64,000 bases of DNA from the human T2T-CHM13v2.0 reference genome, Homo sapiens, in NCBI RefSeq assembly GCF_009914755.1, contig NC_060932.1; one strand, 5' to 3'. The notes beneath the pieces were generated by a model, which worked only from the letters and a program-made list of their open reading frames with translations, did no database searches and had not been told where the DNA came from. The translations under genes and the position numbers were made by a program. Shown one piece after another: positions 39,711 through 55,160 of this stretch (its first letter is position 1; every line of letters starts with the position of its first letter).

Positions 39711-42700
39711 TGACCAAATTATCATAAAACAGACTGATTTTTTAGTAGGATGAATTATATAGGCATCCAAATTCCATTTTGTAAATAACTGGAAACTCAT
39801 CTTTTTCTGGAAATGTCTTTGATTAGGGTTCACTTTTGGAATAAGGTTTCTAGTTACATGAGAATTCAAAGTTTAACTTGAATACTGAACAAAAGTCAGA
39901 CTGATTAAGAAAGGGAACAAATGAAATGTTATCAGATAAGGTTTTGAGTGTCTACATTAGTCAAGTTGCTCACAATACTCAGACGTTTGTGAATAGAAAA
40001 GATGCAAAAATCTTTAAAGTTTCTCCTACACTGACTATGGGATCTCAAGAAACGACTGCATGGATGCCTAAATAACAATATGTTCAAAATTAGTTCTAGG
40101 TTTCCTGTTCTCAAGGAGCTCCTTAAATCTCTTAAGGCTCATTGTTCTTAATTTGAGTTGTTCTTATAATGATTTAGCTACTCAATCCTACACCAACACT
40201 GGCCAATTCATTTCAAGAAGAGACTGTTTTGCACAGAAATATACATGAGGAAAATCCTTTTGAAGCCACACACTGGTGGATTCACTCTGCTTGATCATTT
40301 TAATTTTGTGATCAGCCCAACATTTTTTAAAAAATCCTAGGAGTTTAGATTCTTATGTTATTCGTTTCAAGGCGTCTTGCAGAGTGGTTTAGGATTGTTT
40401 GGCTTCTCCTTTTAAAATAACTTGGGGAATTATTTCCTTGATAGTATCTTTTGAATTTAATTTGCCACTTTCTAACCATTTCAGTATATATTCTGTAGAC
40501 TGAGAGCCTTGGCTACAGCTGGAATAATATGTTATTTGTCAATGATTTTGAATATAGAGGCTTAATTAGGAAGACCTGATGAACTTAGAGATAAAAGAAC
40601 AAAACTGTTTTGGCATCTTAGTTAATAGGCTTGTGAAGTCCTTAGAGGTAAAGCAGAATTTTGACAGGTAAATCTACACAGCCGATAAACATGATTATTT
40701 TAGACATATTTTCTCAAAGTACTAAAGAACCACCCACAGCTGGAAATGGGAATATATTAAAACATACTAAAAAGACTTCAACATCATTACTTTAAAAAGG
40801 AGACAGTATTAACCTTCTATCTTTGGGGTAATGAATATAACTGATCACAGATCTGCTGAAATGAAAAGCATGACAACTCACTGTAGACATTTACCTCTTA
40901 ATGTTTCTGCTTAACATCATAAAACAAAATTCTAATGAATGAAAAGTGATAAAATTAACAATTTAACTAAATGCACAAAAGCATTTAATACCATATTTTC
41001 ACTCTTGAGGGGCGACATAAAGGGGAAGGTTGGAAAACAGATTCTGTCAGACAAGCATAATTGTATACTAAATGCATTTTTCAATAATTGTCTTTTAATC
41101 AAAGATAAATTCACATAAAGTTGAAGGAAAATTAAAGTCTAGTAGTTCTTAAGGTTTAAACTTTATAATTGCAACAAGAGTAATCCTACCCCTCAAATTA
41201 TTTGTTAAGTATCTTCTAGAGGTTTTGATTTTTATAAAAAGTAACAACTAACAGAAGTAAAATATACACAAAAAATTTTTTTCCCTTTGGGTAATTATAT
41301 AGAAAAATATTACCTAAACTTACTGCAGAAAAAATTCAATGTTTCTATATGTGAAACATTAAAAAGCCAAATAAAAAAGATGTATATTTGAGAAAAAAAT
41401 GATTTTTCTAGTATAGGCTTTTTAGTATCAATAATTATATTAAATATTAAAAACCTGTCTAGTATCTTTCTATTTGCTATGCATTATCAGTCTACAAAAA
41501 CAAAAGAAACAAATCCTAATTGCTTTTATAAGATATCTAAAGTGCCACATTCCTACATAGATTTATAAATTTAATGAAATATAGAAATCTCTCTACATTT
41601 GAAAATAAATAATTTTCACAGACTTAAGGTAGCAAAAAAGTGAAAAGATATTTAACATAAACCCCATTAACTTATCCTTCTACTAGATATAATACTGTTT
41701 TATGTCTTGAGAAGATGGTAAACTTGTAATTTATAATTATTAGAATACTCCTTAATAAAAGGAGGAGAATATGTTCTAATTTTCCCATAGGACCATATTT
41801 CTCTTTTTAAAAAACCACAATTCTAAGCTTTGCAGCTATGAATAGTTATTAACAACATCAAATTATACTTATTTTGGGGTTCAGCTGTACTCTTTGACCT
41901 TGCAGAATACAAATAATTTTAAACTTGCCTAAGTTATTATTTTATTTTAAAATGCATTCCTATTTCATTAACTTATAGAAGCTTTTGTATATTCACTTTA
42001 GCCTTTCATAATTTTTATTCTAGTATAATGAAATGTTCTCTGATGATCAGCCATGTGAAAAAAAACATCAATTTTTATATAATAATAAGTTAGGCACCAA
42101 AAGTGGCATTGAAATATTTATTCTAATAGAATGATCCATAATATAAAATTATTTTCTTTTTTTAAACAATTACAAAATACTGTCACGATAACTAAGCAGA
42201 AAGTTTGATTTTTGGTTTGTTTTAAAGGAACATGCAAAACAGCCTGAAAAGCATACAAATATATGTATTATTTAAATCACTTTAAACAGTGTTTCACTTT
42301 ATAGGAGTTTCTAAAATCCCAACACTGCTGCTTTTATTTAATGTCCTAAAAATTCACATTCACTGAGGTTTATTTGACTGTTTTAATTTTAACTCATCCA
42401 ACTTTAATGTGTCTATGCATATAAATCACTTATATAATATCTAGTATACTAGCTAATCAAAGTTAGAGTTGAAATCTGAAACCTCTGCACTGTTTCTAAT
42501 TGCTTCTTAGGTTTTGTCAGAATATTTTGTCATGCTAGACATGCACATCTTCCTGTGCAATCTCAGGCAGTTCCCTGAATCGTGGGGAGCTCACGTTACA
42601 ATTTATCTTCCTAAGGGAGGCATATTCCTCACAGAGGTCATATTTAAGAAACCTCAGACTCAAATTCTGAACACTTTGACTTACCTTCTTCTTTCAAAAA

Positions 42701-44061
42701 TAATTGCCTATCTAGGCCGCTGATGGTGCAATTTTAAGGATATAATTTGGCAACTGGTCATTAGAGATGTTACCAGAGCAAATGAAAACCGCAAACTCAG
42801 TAAGAAATGAAGAGCAGGTGTTCTTTCACTTAGACAGAAAAGCGAAGTTGCAGATAATGAGACTGTGATGAAAACTAGTGGAGGATACTATGTATAACAC
42901 ACAATGTTAAGGTTGATATTCTTCCCACACACTCATCTGCATGCTTCTTTAATTAAATGAGCAGGATAGTTTGCATCTTTTAACATTTAATCTTGAAACA
43001 ACTCCCTCTTTTCAACTTTAAGTAATGATAATGTAGATTACTGAATATGTAAAACAGTACAAGAAATTAGTTTATATGCCTCTTAGTTAACTGAAGTAAA
43101 CTGTGGCATCCTGTGGCATTAAACTAGATATATCACAGTTACAAAGATAATTATTGCTCTTCAAGATATTAATATGAATATTTCACTTTATGAATATTTC
43201 ACTTTATTAAAGTAGTTCTAGTAGGATGCCTCTAAAACGTTTTTCCTAAAATGCACTGCATTTGGTATACGCAAGAAGAAAAAACCTTTCAGAAAAATTC
43301 CATTATCTGAATATAACATAAACAATCAAAATCTTGCTGAACTTCATATTTTTACAGGCACTGTTTTACTTCCTTCGGGGAAGTCTCAATTTTAGATTTC
43401 TGTCTGGAACATACACACACCTACATCTGTCTATCTAGCAATGCCTATAGGTGTTTATAGTTGCATTTGCCACTTAAAGATTAGCTCAGGATGATCAGGG
43501 CCAGCTGGAGGTAAGACATTTTTTAGGATGCTGTGGGCTATTTTTAGCACAAGGGGAGAAGTAAATACAATCTTTCCTAGTCCAAATTACAAAACTTCAT
43601 TGCCAAGACAAGCTGAACTGAAACTTTTGCTAAGGCAGTCTGACCCTGCCAAACTGATCAGTTGTTAAAGAGCTCTGGAATAGTAATAAACCTCTAAGAG
43701 TTACAATTAAAGTCCTATATGTTCTTTCATTGATAATAGACTGACAAAACATATTTTTAAAGTAAAATTCTTTGGCAGCCTGTATGCAAACAAAGATATA
43801 ATGTGATGAGACAGTACAAACTTTAATCCGAAGACAGAAACATCAACTTCTGGAATGCATTTTTCCTGCATTCTGTTTGAATATTGGAAGTACATCCTTG
43901 TTGGTTGCCTGACACTTTCCTCATCAACAGTGTATCTTTAATATTTCTTTGTCATTTAGGAGAAAATTGAGCTAATTCAGAAGAGCAGCATCCAGAACAT
44001 CTCAAGTGTGGCCCCATCTACTCTGATACCCATTACTATTAACATCTGCCAGAGCCACTAA

Positions 44062-44454
<393 letters not shown>

Positions 44455-44720
44455 AGCTTATTCTTTCTAAAGGATGTTGGACGTAACAAAGACCCTGTAC
44501 AAGTTGTGTATAAATATACAGAATTCCCAGGAAACTGTCAAGAGAACTATATAGATATCCTTATTGCTATGAACTCACTATTAAAGAAAATATGGAAAGC
44601 ATCTTGTTACTTTATATTCCTGGAATGGAATCTTCTAAAGGGCAAGTATTTTAAAGAAATACAAGCATTAAATTTGGTCATAGTAGCTGCAGCTGCAGCA
44701 GTGATGGAGTTACAAACAGA

Positions 44721-44772
44721 AGACTAGAATTAGGAGAGAATAAAACAGACTAGAATTAGGAGAGAATAAAAC
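44721..44772. repeat. Perfect 26-bp tandem duplication
   Basis: agactagaattaggagagaataaaac x2. Confidence 0.97.
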
Positions 44773-44899
44773 TCTTCACTTCTTGAGCTATTTCCTTTTA
44801 TCCCAGGCCACAAAAGAGTTATAGAGAGATTTTTGGGTATCGTTGCTTCTGCACATGGGATTAGGGTAGAAGAGAAGATTAAAGGGTAAAGAATCTTAC

Positions 44900-44983
44900 C
44901 ATCATATTGAAGACAATCTTTCAGGGGAATGGATAGATGCTCTTGACTTTTCAGGTATCATGTCCTGCTTATGCGCTTATATT
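44900..44983 (-). other. Candidate 84-nt non-coding or 5'UTR exon
   Basis: Minus strand: branch CCTAAC, poly-T tract, AAG acceptor; donor ATG|GTAAGA; stops in all three frames. Confidence 0.45.
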
Positions 44984-45060
44984 CTTAAAAAAAAAAAAAT
45001 TGTTAGGATCAAAAAGTAAGCATTCCGACAGCTAATATTAACCCCACAGAGTAGAGTTAA

Positions 45061-45533
<473 letters not shown>

Positions 45534-45740
45534 TTAAAAACGTGGAAGGGACGAGACTGGCGTGCCTTTTGTTTGTTTTCCTGACTTGCATGCACTGAGT
45601 TTTCTACTTAGCATTTTGAAATATTAGCATAGGCAAATGAACTAGCCTATCTACTTATACAAATTAGAAAATGAAATTCTCCTGTATAGTCTTCAAGCAA
45701 AGCAATGTGATAGCAATAAGACTTAAGAAACTAGAGCTCT

Positions 45741-45956
45741 GGCTGTGCGTGGCATTCATGCCTATAATCCCAGCACTTTGGGAGGCTGAGTTGGACGGAT
45801 CACTTGAGGTGAGGAGTTAGAGACCAGGCTGGCCAAATGGTGAAACCCCATCTCTACTAAAATACAAAAATTTGCCAAACGGGGTGGCGTGTGCTTGTAA
45901 TCCCAGCTGCTGGGGAGGCCGAGGTAGGAGAATTACTTCACCCTGGGAGGCGGAGA
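45741..45956 (+). mobile_element. Old Alu, 3'-truncated (no tail)
   Basis: Left arm plus part of right arm; stops abruptly after ggcggag. Confidence 0.9.
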
Positions 45957-46714
45957 TTCCTTCGGTAAACATACATGCAATAAATTCTATGTAAAATATA
46001 GCCCATTTACATAAAATACATGTATTTTAATAAAATTGTGATTTTCTATTCTATTAAATTTTTCTTTCTTTGTGGGTTGAGAGGAAACTTATTTTTAGTG
46101 GGTAACTTTTTTAAGTTTCTCATGAAAGACTTTGTATTTTTAAATATCTCAAAGAATCAACATTTCTGAAAGCATATATACAAAGAGATGGAAGAGTTAT
46201 TTAAAAGAATCCTATATAAAAGAGCCTATTGCCCTATTATAAATCAAATACCCAGAACCTGAGACTAGTTTAGCAAAAAAGTAGTTAAACTTGGTGAGAT
46301 GTGAAATTAGGTTTTAATGCATGCAGAACACATCCCAATGCATATTTTTAGGTGTAGGCTGATTGACTTTTCTCAGTGTTTATAATTAAAAGCTGCCTTT
46401 AGGCAGTTAAGAACCTTTGGAGAGCTTTTGATATTATTAAACTCAAGCACTTACATTTAGTTCTAACATACATCCATGCAAAGACCAACACTCTAGTCTC
46501 ATCCCAGGACAGATTTTAACATGGCCACCTACCAATACTGTTTCTTGCAGCCAGTTTATCAGCTTTTCTTCCTAGTGTACCCACATGAGTACACTCGTTT
46601 TTTTACAGCCCAATCATGTTTCACTCATTTCACCAGCCCTCATGAACATATTAAAAATAACTGAGTAATAATTGACGCATGGATGGATAGTTCTGTGTGA
46701 AACATTGATGACTG

Positions 46715-46892
46715 TACCCACATAACTATCCTATTACAGTCTCACAATCTATATGCAGTAGGTACAATTATTAATCTCATTTTACCATTTGAGGGAATCG
46801 ACATTTAGTAAAGTTAAATCACTTGCCCAAGGTCACACAGCCCACAAGTGGCGCTGAAAATGAATCCTTGTCTATGTGGTGCCAAAGCTGAA
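46715..46892 (-). mobile_element. MIR
   Basis: gtaggtac..ctcattttacc..aagttaaatcacttgcccaaggtcacacag. Confidence 0.85.
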
Positions 46893-48507
46893 CAAAGAGA
46901 ATGAGCGATCACTGGGTTCTCAAAGATCGTTAGATTACATTCGTTTTCTCCTCCAACAAACACGCTGTAAATCGTTTTACCCTGCATTCTCCACGATTAG
47001 GAAGATAAAGAGCTTTTCTACTCAAATCAAATTATATTCAATAACTACATATTGAGTACTTTTTTACAAGATACTTGGCATATCATGATTATTTATTAAT
47101 CATGATTTAAATTCATTTCTTTTCAGAGTTTAACATTCCATGAATTCAAGTCTCTCAGGGATCATACATGTGGATTACTCTCATGATACTATACTTTCCT
47201 TTCTCTTGTGTTTGTTCACATATATACATATAAGTATGTGATTTGTATAAAATATAAACACAATCTTGACTGTGCTCAGTTAAAATACATTGCTGAGTCA
47301 ATATAATCCATACATGTTGATGTATAAGATATATCAACTGCATCTTCTGCTTTCATAAACTATCAGTTATTTCCTATTATTCGTTGGTCAAAAATCAGAA
47401 ATGCCCAACTCAATAGAATGGTCATCTGAGAAAGGTGTGTTTTTTCTTTTATGTCTATGATGGGAATTTCATCCCAGACTATGATGGGAACTTTATCTCA
47501 GGATGCAGTACACTGTTCGTATCCCATTAATTTTATTATTCAATAGCAGAAGTGGTCTTTGGATACTGAGTAGCTGAGATATTTACCGGAATGCTACTAT
47601 TCACCTCATCTAAGTGAATACAGAAGGAAACAGGAGGTTTAACTGAGGAGAGATTTTGTGCCAGGCATACAGATCATTCCCAATCACCTACTCACTTATG
47701 TCTCATTATGAATTTGAAGGCGAAATAGCAGTGAGACCAGTTTTCCAAAGCAACTTTCATTCAAAGGTGAATTAGTTCAACAAATATTCCTGAAGTGCCT
47801 ATAGTGTGTAAAGCACTGTTTTTAGCTGCTTGAGATAAAATAAACAAAAAAGTGTAAAAATACTTTGATGGTAGTTGTAAAAAGAATAGAGAAAAGCAGA
47901 TACTCATTTGTTAAACATAATTCTTAAAAATGGTACACAAATTGTTCTAACAATGCCTTTGAAATGCTTGGATCTATAATATACATATAACTAACAGATA
48001 TGGATCTTAAAATAATTTCAAGAACAAATTAAAAATACCACTGCCTACAAGCACACTTAACAATTGAAATAATAGAAAAAAAGCACTTTCCTCAACATAG
48101 TCTAAACAATATACTAAAACCAAAAGTTTTTGAGGTCATTAATAGATGTGGAAGTAGTACTTCAAAAATCAGTTTTGTAGCTCTCTTTGGACAAACTGAC
48201 GTTTATATACATCAGTTCCTTACTCCAAACTTCCTGCTATCTAGTCTTATTCCATTAAGTGTAAGAATCAGAGACATAATAGTAAGCATGTTTTCTTGAT
48301 ATTGGTTACCCACAACAATGGCTCACTGGAATGAAAAAGAAAGTGGAGACACAAAGCTCCAGGCCCTTGCAAATGACACCCTGCCTTGCCCCATTTCTAA
48401 CTGCTTGGGCAATTCTGATTAAAATCAGAGATAAGAGGATCCTGAAGCATCCAGTTTCAGGACGATTTAGACTCAACTAGAGTAGGAACTCTTAGAAAAT
48501 TACATAA

Positions 48508-49096
48508 ACTAGTTCAACCATTGTGGAAGACAGTGTGTCGATTCCTCAAGGATCTAGAACTGGAAATACCATTTGACCCCATGATCCCATTACTGGATAT
48601 ATACCCAAAGGATTATAAATCATTCTACTATAAAGACACATGCACACGTACGTTTATTGCAGCACTATTTACAATAGCAAAGATTTGGAACCAACCCAAA
48701 TGTCCATCAGTGATAAACTGGATTAAGAAAATGTGGCACATATACACCATGGAATACTATGCAGCCATAAAAAAGGATGAGTTCATGTCCTCTGCAGGGA
48801 CATGGATGAAGCAGGAAACCATCATTCTGAGCAAACTATCACAAGGACAGAAAACCAAACACCACACGTTCTCACTCATGGGTGGGAATTGAACAATGAG
48901 AATACTTGGACACAGGATGGGGAACATCACACACAGGGGCCGGTCGTCGGGTAGGGTATAGGGGGAGGGATAGCATTAGAAGAAATACCTAATGTAAAGG
49001 ACAAGTTAATGGGTTCAGCAAACCAACATGGCACATGTATACCTATGTAACAAAACTGCATGTTGTTCACTTGTACCCTAGAACTTAAAAAAGAAA
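48508..49096 (+). mobile_element. L1PA (PA7-like) 5'-truncated insertion retaining an open ORF2 C-terminus (48521-48892)
   Basis: Translation ..EIPFDPMIPLLDIYPKDYKSFYYKDTCT..WIKKMWHIYTMEYYAAIKK matches the L1 ORF2p C-terminus; G-rich 3'UTR; TSD agaaaattacataa. Confidence 0.97.
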
Positions 49097-49469
49097 AGAA
49101 AATTACATAAGCAAATAATTACATTTACTCTAAGAAGTCAAAATCAACATGAAAAGCCCAAAGTTCCCCTGGATTTGCGAAGAAGGGTGTATTAAAATAC
49201 ACTTAACTGCAAATGAAATAAATCAAACTAAACTAACATGGGAGTGGGGGAGTGGGAGGTTGAAGAGGGCTAATGAGTAAGATTTATTTTCAGGTGAATA
49301 GCACGGGATCCTAGAAAGAACAGAACTCTTTCTCTCATCTCTGATCTGCCTCATTCTTCTTCAGCAGCAGGTGGCCACAGCTGTGTACCGCACTTGGTGA
49401 ACTAAAAGATTAGTTTCCAAATTTTCACTGAAAATTCTAGCAACACTATAAACCAGGTCTATCCTATCA

Positions 49470-50172
49470 TAGGCTAGTTCAAAAATTCCAGCAGGGGTGA
49501 CACTGCCTTCCTAGGATGAATATTTGAAATCTGTGAAGACACTTTTGGTGTCATGGTGACTTGAAGGATTCCTACTGTTATGCAGTAGGAAGAATCCCGA
49601 GATGCTGAAAACCCATCAATGTGTGGAATAGTTGTCGACGACTCTGCCCGAAACCTAAGTCCATTTTACACTTTTTTTTAAACAAAATTTAACTCATCTT
49701 TGCACAAGTAACTGATTGTCCAGGAATACAACCTTTGTGTAAAAGGAGAGAAACACTGCATTTCGTTTTGTTCAGAAGTTACCAGGAGTTGCTCAGTACT
49801 TCAAAAAATACCATGTCACCATGTGGAACACTCTGCAGGAATCTGAATGGCCCACACAACGTTATCTCTGTCTGAGTCTTCAATTGTAGCTTTTGCATTC
49901 CCTGTGTCCTAGCACTTACATTTCAAAATGCATAGAATTACATCATAAAATTATTTCCTCTTATTCACTTTTACTTCTCCTTCGTAATTACGTAACATTT
50001 TCAAAATTATATGTAAGTTGGTTAGACTATGAAAGCATTTAAAAGAGAATCCAAAAGAGGGCTTTGTAAAAATTATGTGCAAGTTATATTATCAAAGCAT
50101 TTTATATTCTAAAGGGGGCTAAATAAAAAGTATTTGCCTTAAAATATAGGATATTGGATCCAATAAGGTTAA
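49470..50172 (+). mobile_element. MER20B-like hAT-Charlie element, apparently inside an old MLT1 (about 49185-50310)
   Basis: atttgaaatctgtgaagacacttttgg..ctactg...gagatgctgaaaaccc; end ttggatccaataaggtt. Confidence 0.6.
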
Positions 50173-50689
50173 AATTAGATTATGTCATCCATATTCCAGG
50201 GAGAGAGAATCTCACTAGTCCAACTTGGGTCAGGCATTTCACCATCCCCCAAGCAGTTATGGCTAAGTAGCCCAACTCAAGAAGTTAAAACATAGTTTTC
50301 AAGAGTCCAGCATTAATGACAAGGCTTAACTGGGAGGCACTTCCAGTTTTTCTGTCATGGAAAATATTCCTGCCTATGAAAAAAAAACACCCCTGGAAGG
50401 ACCTGCTTGGCTAGCAAATCTGATAAATCAATTAGTGCTTACATATTAATGCTTACAAATGATTTAATGTATTAGCTTTTACCAGTAGTTGTCTATCAGA
50501 GAATTAGAAGGAATTTTTCACAATCATTTATTTTAGCACCTTCATTTTGCATTTGTGGTAAATAATTATATTTATGAGAGTTTTTGTTTTTGTTTTTATA
50601 CATCCCAAACTGCTTGGCTGGTCAAGGTCTTAGAAGTCATGATGCTCTTTATGGCTTCCAAAACTTTCATTTATCAAGCTTAAACACAG

Positions 50690-50750
50690 AGTGTGTGTGT
50701 GTGTCTGCGTGTGTGTGTATGCGTGCATGTGTGGGTGTGTGTGTGTGTGA
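50690..50750. repeat. Imperfect (TG)n
   Basis: Directly visible. Confidence 0.9.
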
Positions 50751-51741
50751 CTAAATAAGAAAGAAACCTTATTTTGCACAGAGAAGCAATAGTACTCACT
50801 AACAATTAAAGACAACAAATGGAAAGTAAATGTAAAACTGATAATTGCCAACATTCAATTTTAGTTACAAATTGCATGAGTTTCATGAAAGCATAGTTTG
50901 AGAACCACTGTTTTAATTCAAAAACTGATTGAAATAATGGAAGTTTCAGACAATTTGGGAAATATTTTTCCAGATGGTAAGGAGATGAGAGAATCTTAAA
51001 TCATATTAAATGGGCTGCTTTCTATTTTACCAACCCTTAAAGCATACCTTATGATGCCTAAGAACCGAATAGTCTCTGGATAATCTGAAATTGAAATAAA
51101 CTTGGTTTACTGTCATCCGTTTCTGAAACCCAACACCAAAGATACGGAAAATAAAAAGAAATTTCTCCCTAAGCTAAGCACTATCTAAAATGGAAGACTC
51201 AGAATCAACTACATGATAGAAAGTTTGCAGTAAGAACTCAGCTACAAAAACATAGCTTCCCCAATATTTTGGTATATATCACTTCAAAAGTTGGCTTCAG
51301 AAATCCAAAAGGAACATTCTCCCACCTCACACAAAGACGACTCCTTGTGTGACTACCACATGGTAATAACCTTATAAAAAAGCCTAGAAATATGTAGTAA
51401 ATCACTAGTCCCAGTAACTTGTTACCATTTACTTCATTATTTAACGTGTGTTTTAATTCTGTATTTGATCCAGTAACCAAAACAGAAGACTAAAAGAGAT
51501 GGTGCTATTTCCACCAATTTAAAATTCTGGTCAGACACCAAATATTGCCAAATATATATTAACAAGGATGTAATAAATATCTAACCTGGATCCATGATTT
51601 GGTAGAGAACATTAGTAGATATATAAAACATAGACAATCCATAATCCTCATTGTTTTTACTAATTATATTTTGCACATTTCAGATAGTATGGAGTCATTA
51701 CAGAATATGTATTTAAAAAACGAGAACTAGAAAAAGTATAG

Positions 51742-52089
<348 letters not shown>

Positions 52090-52199
52090 AAAAAGCTTCT
52101 TTAAAAAGACAGTATGGTAGTTCTTACATAAACTCTATTTATAACAGAGTATATTTTTCTTCTTTCATAAAGATTCAGGAAAGTCATAAAATACCAACC

Positions 52200-53200
52200 T
52201 GGATAATTTTTTTAAAGACACATTATAATAAAATTGAAGAACATTAAAAACTAAAAGAAGGGATTAACATCTGGTTTCTCATTTGCAACATGAGAATCAA
52301 GACAGTGTAATACTTTTAATATCCTAAGAGAAAATACCTGTTCATCTAAAATTGTATACCCAGAAAAAAATTCTGAAAAGCTAGAGAAAGAAAACGACTT
52401 TATCAGACTATCAAGAAAACTGAGTTTGCTACTACCATACGTACCTCAAATAAAAGGGAAGTAATTTCTGGGATTAAACATAACTCATGAACTAAAATGC
52501 CAGAAATAAAACCCAATATATTAGATATTACAATAAACGTAAATAAGCTAAATGCAGTAAATAGGCAAAGCATTATCCAAACGGATTTCTAAAATCTAAC
52601 TATATGCTGCTTTCCAGATGTATCTAAAATCTGAATATACAAAAAGGTTCAAAATAAAAGAATGAAAAGAATACTTATGAGAAAAACTAGCCAAAATAAA
52701 GCTGGATAATGCTATAGTGATATTCGTAAAAGCTGATATAGCTATATTAAAATCAGACAAAATAAACTTTATGGCAGACATCATTAGCAGGGATGAAGAA
52801 AGTCATCACCTATAAGTTTTAATTCACCAGGAAAATATAATTTTAAACTTATATGTATCTTATAACATAGTCTCAAATATATAAGGCAAACATTGAGAAA
52901 GCTACAAAAAGAAATAAATGCAGTATCTAAACAAAATTTTAACATATCTCTAATTTGTAGTTTAAACAAACAAAATAGAAAGATTATGAACAATTAAAAC
53001 AGCATAAATAATAAACTTAATCTAATGGACATATATAGGAATTAATCCCCAACAAGTGAAAACATACACACTCTTTTCAAGGAAACTCAGAATATGTACA
53101 AATATTTACTTTATACTGGCCCCTTAGCAATTTTCAACAAACTTCAAATGATTGGTATTATGCAGGCCATTTTTTTCCTACCACAATGCAATTTAGTTAA
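52200..53200 (+). mobile_element. Ancient L1M: ORF1 end and ORF2 endonuclease region, decayed
   Basis: aactatatgctgct (ICC motif), atattaaaatcagacaaaata, ctaatggacatatatag, accacaatgcaat. Confidence 0.75.
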
Positions 53201-54699
53201 AAGCGTACAATGCAGCTAAATATCCAAAGTGTATAGGAACACAAAAAAAAAGATATATCTATCTCTTCCTAGGACTAGTTTACTGGTCAATAAGTAGGAA
53301 ATATATAAGAAAAGAAGATGTATTTCAGACAAGTACTTATGCAATATTACAACAGAGGGAGAGGAACTGGCATGACTAAGTAGAACTTAGTCGTTCATTG
53401 AAGTTATGGTACCGTGTTTGAGTGTGTGTATCTGTATGTGCACGCACATGCACGTGTTCACATAATGAAAAGTACAAAAGAGGGTACTCTTTTCCAGAGA
53501 GCCTGGAAATTAGCAAGCTCTGTATCATGGTATATTGTGTTGCGGAGTGTGGATTATAACGTAAGCAATGGGAAATGACAATGAATTTCAAACAAGTGAA
53601 GGACACATTATTTTATTCATAAAGGGAAATCTGAAAGTATGGGATGTGACTTGCTTGGAGACTGGCTGGACAGAGGGAAAGTAGATGAAAAGTGTCAGGA
53701 AACCAGGTGGTTCCTTAATAAAGAAGAATGTGTCTCTGGAGAATCATGAACAGGTCTTGCCTCCTAGAATCTGCCACTTTGCAAATTACATTTTCTTACG
53801 AAATACCTCACTACCTATTGCTATCACCAGGCATCTTTAGTTAGATTTTGCAATCCCATGCCTGCTTTGATCTATGCACATCTACATTGCCTTACTCTTA
53901 CTAGTCCACATTGTAACCCCCATAGAACAGCTAAACGCAGCTATGATGACTAAGTAACTTCTACTGAAAGACTAAGATAACAAGGATAAAATAATTACAA
54001 AGACGTCTAAGCAACATATTTACAGGTAACTAACAAACTGAGTACATTGAGTACTAATATGCAGCTCAGAAATTCAAATATCTTGGCCTGTCTTCCTTGA
54101 AATCCTTCGGACCTAACTACCTACCTACCTCCCTACTTACTTAGCTGGCTCACTGTGTAAGCATACTGTCTTTGGGCCACCTCACAGGGACAGAGCTGTC
54201 AAATTCCCAGAGGCAGATAATATTTTTGACTATAAGAAATCTGACCAAACTGTCAAAAATACAGAAAATCAGCTAAGGAGATTGTTAAGCATAACTCATG
54301 GCTCCGCAAGAGTGTAACTCAAAGATTTCATCAAGATAGAAAATCAAAATTGATCATTATTATCTCCAAATAATCTGTGGTTCTTTTTTCACCAAACTGA
54401 ACATTTTAGTCATCATCAGCAGCAGCTACTATGAAGTTTAACTTCCAGGAGCCATCTTTTTCTCATTTTTGAGGGTGCCCTTAGGCATTTTTAGAGACCT
54501 CTAAATCCCTCTGCATCCAGCATCAGGCCCACCCTTGGTGTCCCAGTTTCCACTCTTTCCCAACTTATTCTAAAATGACTTGTGAAACTTTAAGAGAGAA
54601 TACATAAATCCCTTCACGTTAATTCCAAACCCACCCTGAACACTAGAGCTACATAACAGTAGAATTCACTATAATATGGCCAGCCTCACTGCAAGAAAT

Positions 54700-55160
54700 A
54701 CATACATATGTCTTAGGATAAAACAGATTAGAAAAGGTGAGGACTTGGTCTAGGGTTCTAACAGAAGGAAAAAAGCAGACTATACAGTGTGATGGTCTTA
54801 ATGACCAGTTGGATGTACGGAATGATGACAAGGGATAAGTAGAGAACGATCTTCTGAGCTCCAGCTTGGATGACAAAATGAATGGTGAAATACTAAACAA
54901 GACGAAGAACATACGACAGGAGGGGCACACTTGACAGAGAATGAAAGGTGTGCTCCATTTTGTTAGATCAGGGTGACTGCAAAGCATCCAGGTAAAGATT
55001 TCTAGCAGATTGCTGGAAATAGGAGAGGTGTGCATGTAGCCCAAGAGAAAGGTGGGAGGTGCCCATACATAACCGGGCATCATCACCCTGCAAGTGAAAG
55101 TAGAAACCACATGAGTAGATAAAAATGTCTATGGAGTATATGTAAAGAGGGAATAGAAAA
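54700..55160 (-). mobile_element. L2 fragment
   Basis: aaagcatccaggtaaagatttctagcagattgctggaaataggag... Confidence 0.7.

Noticed and set aside
43800-43915. C-box (GTGATGA) ... D-box (CTGA) spacing resembling a C/D snoRNA; similar at ~36155-36280
   Set aside because: No terminal stem and no rRNA/snRNA guide complementarity I can identify
48521-48892. 123-aa open frame with real protein homology
   Set aside because: C-terminus of L1 ORF2p in a 5'-truncated copy with no promoter and no true start
49240-49500. G-quadruplex-like GGG runs and CTCF-like GCAGCAGGTGGC / CCAGCAGGGGTG
   Set aside because: Long third loop and incomplete motif matches; not supportable from sequence alone
54649-55110. 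Longest ORF in the track (153 aa)
   Set aside because: Lies in a decayed L2 fragment with no recognisable intact domain
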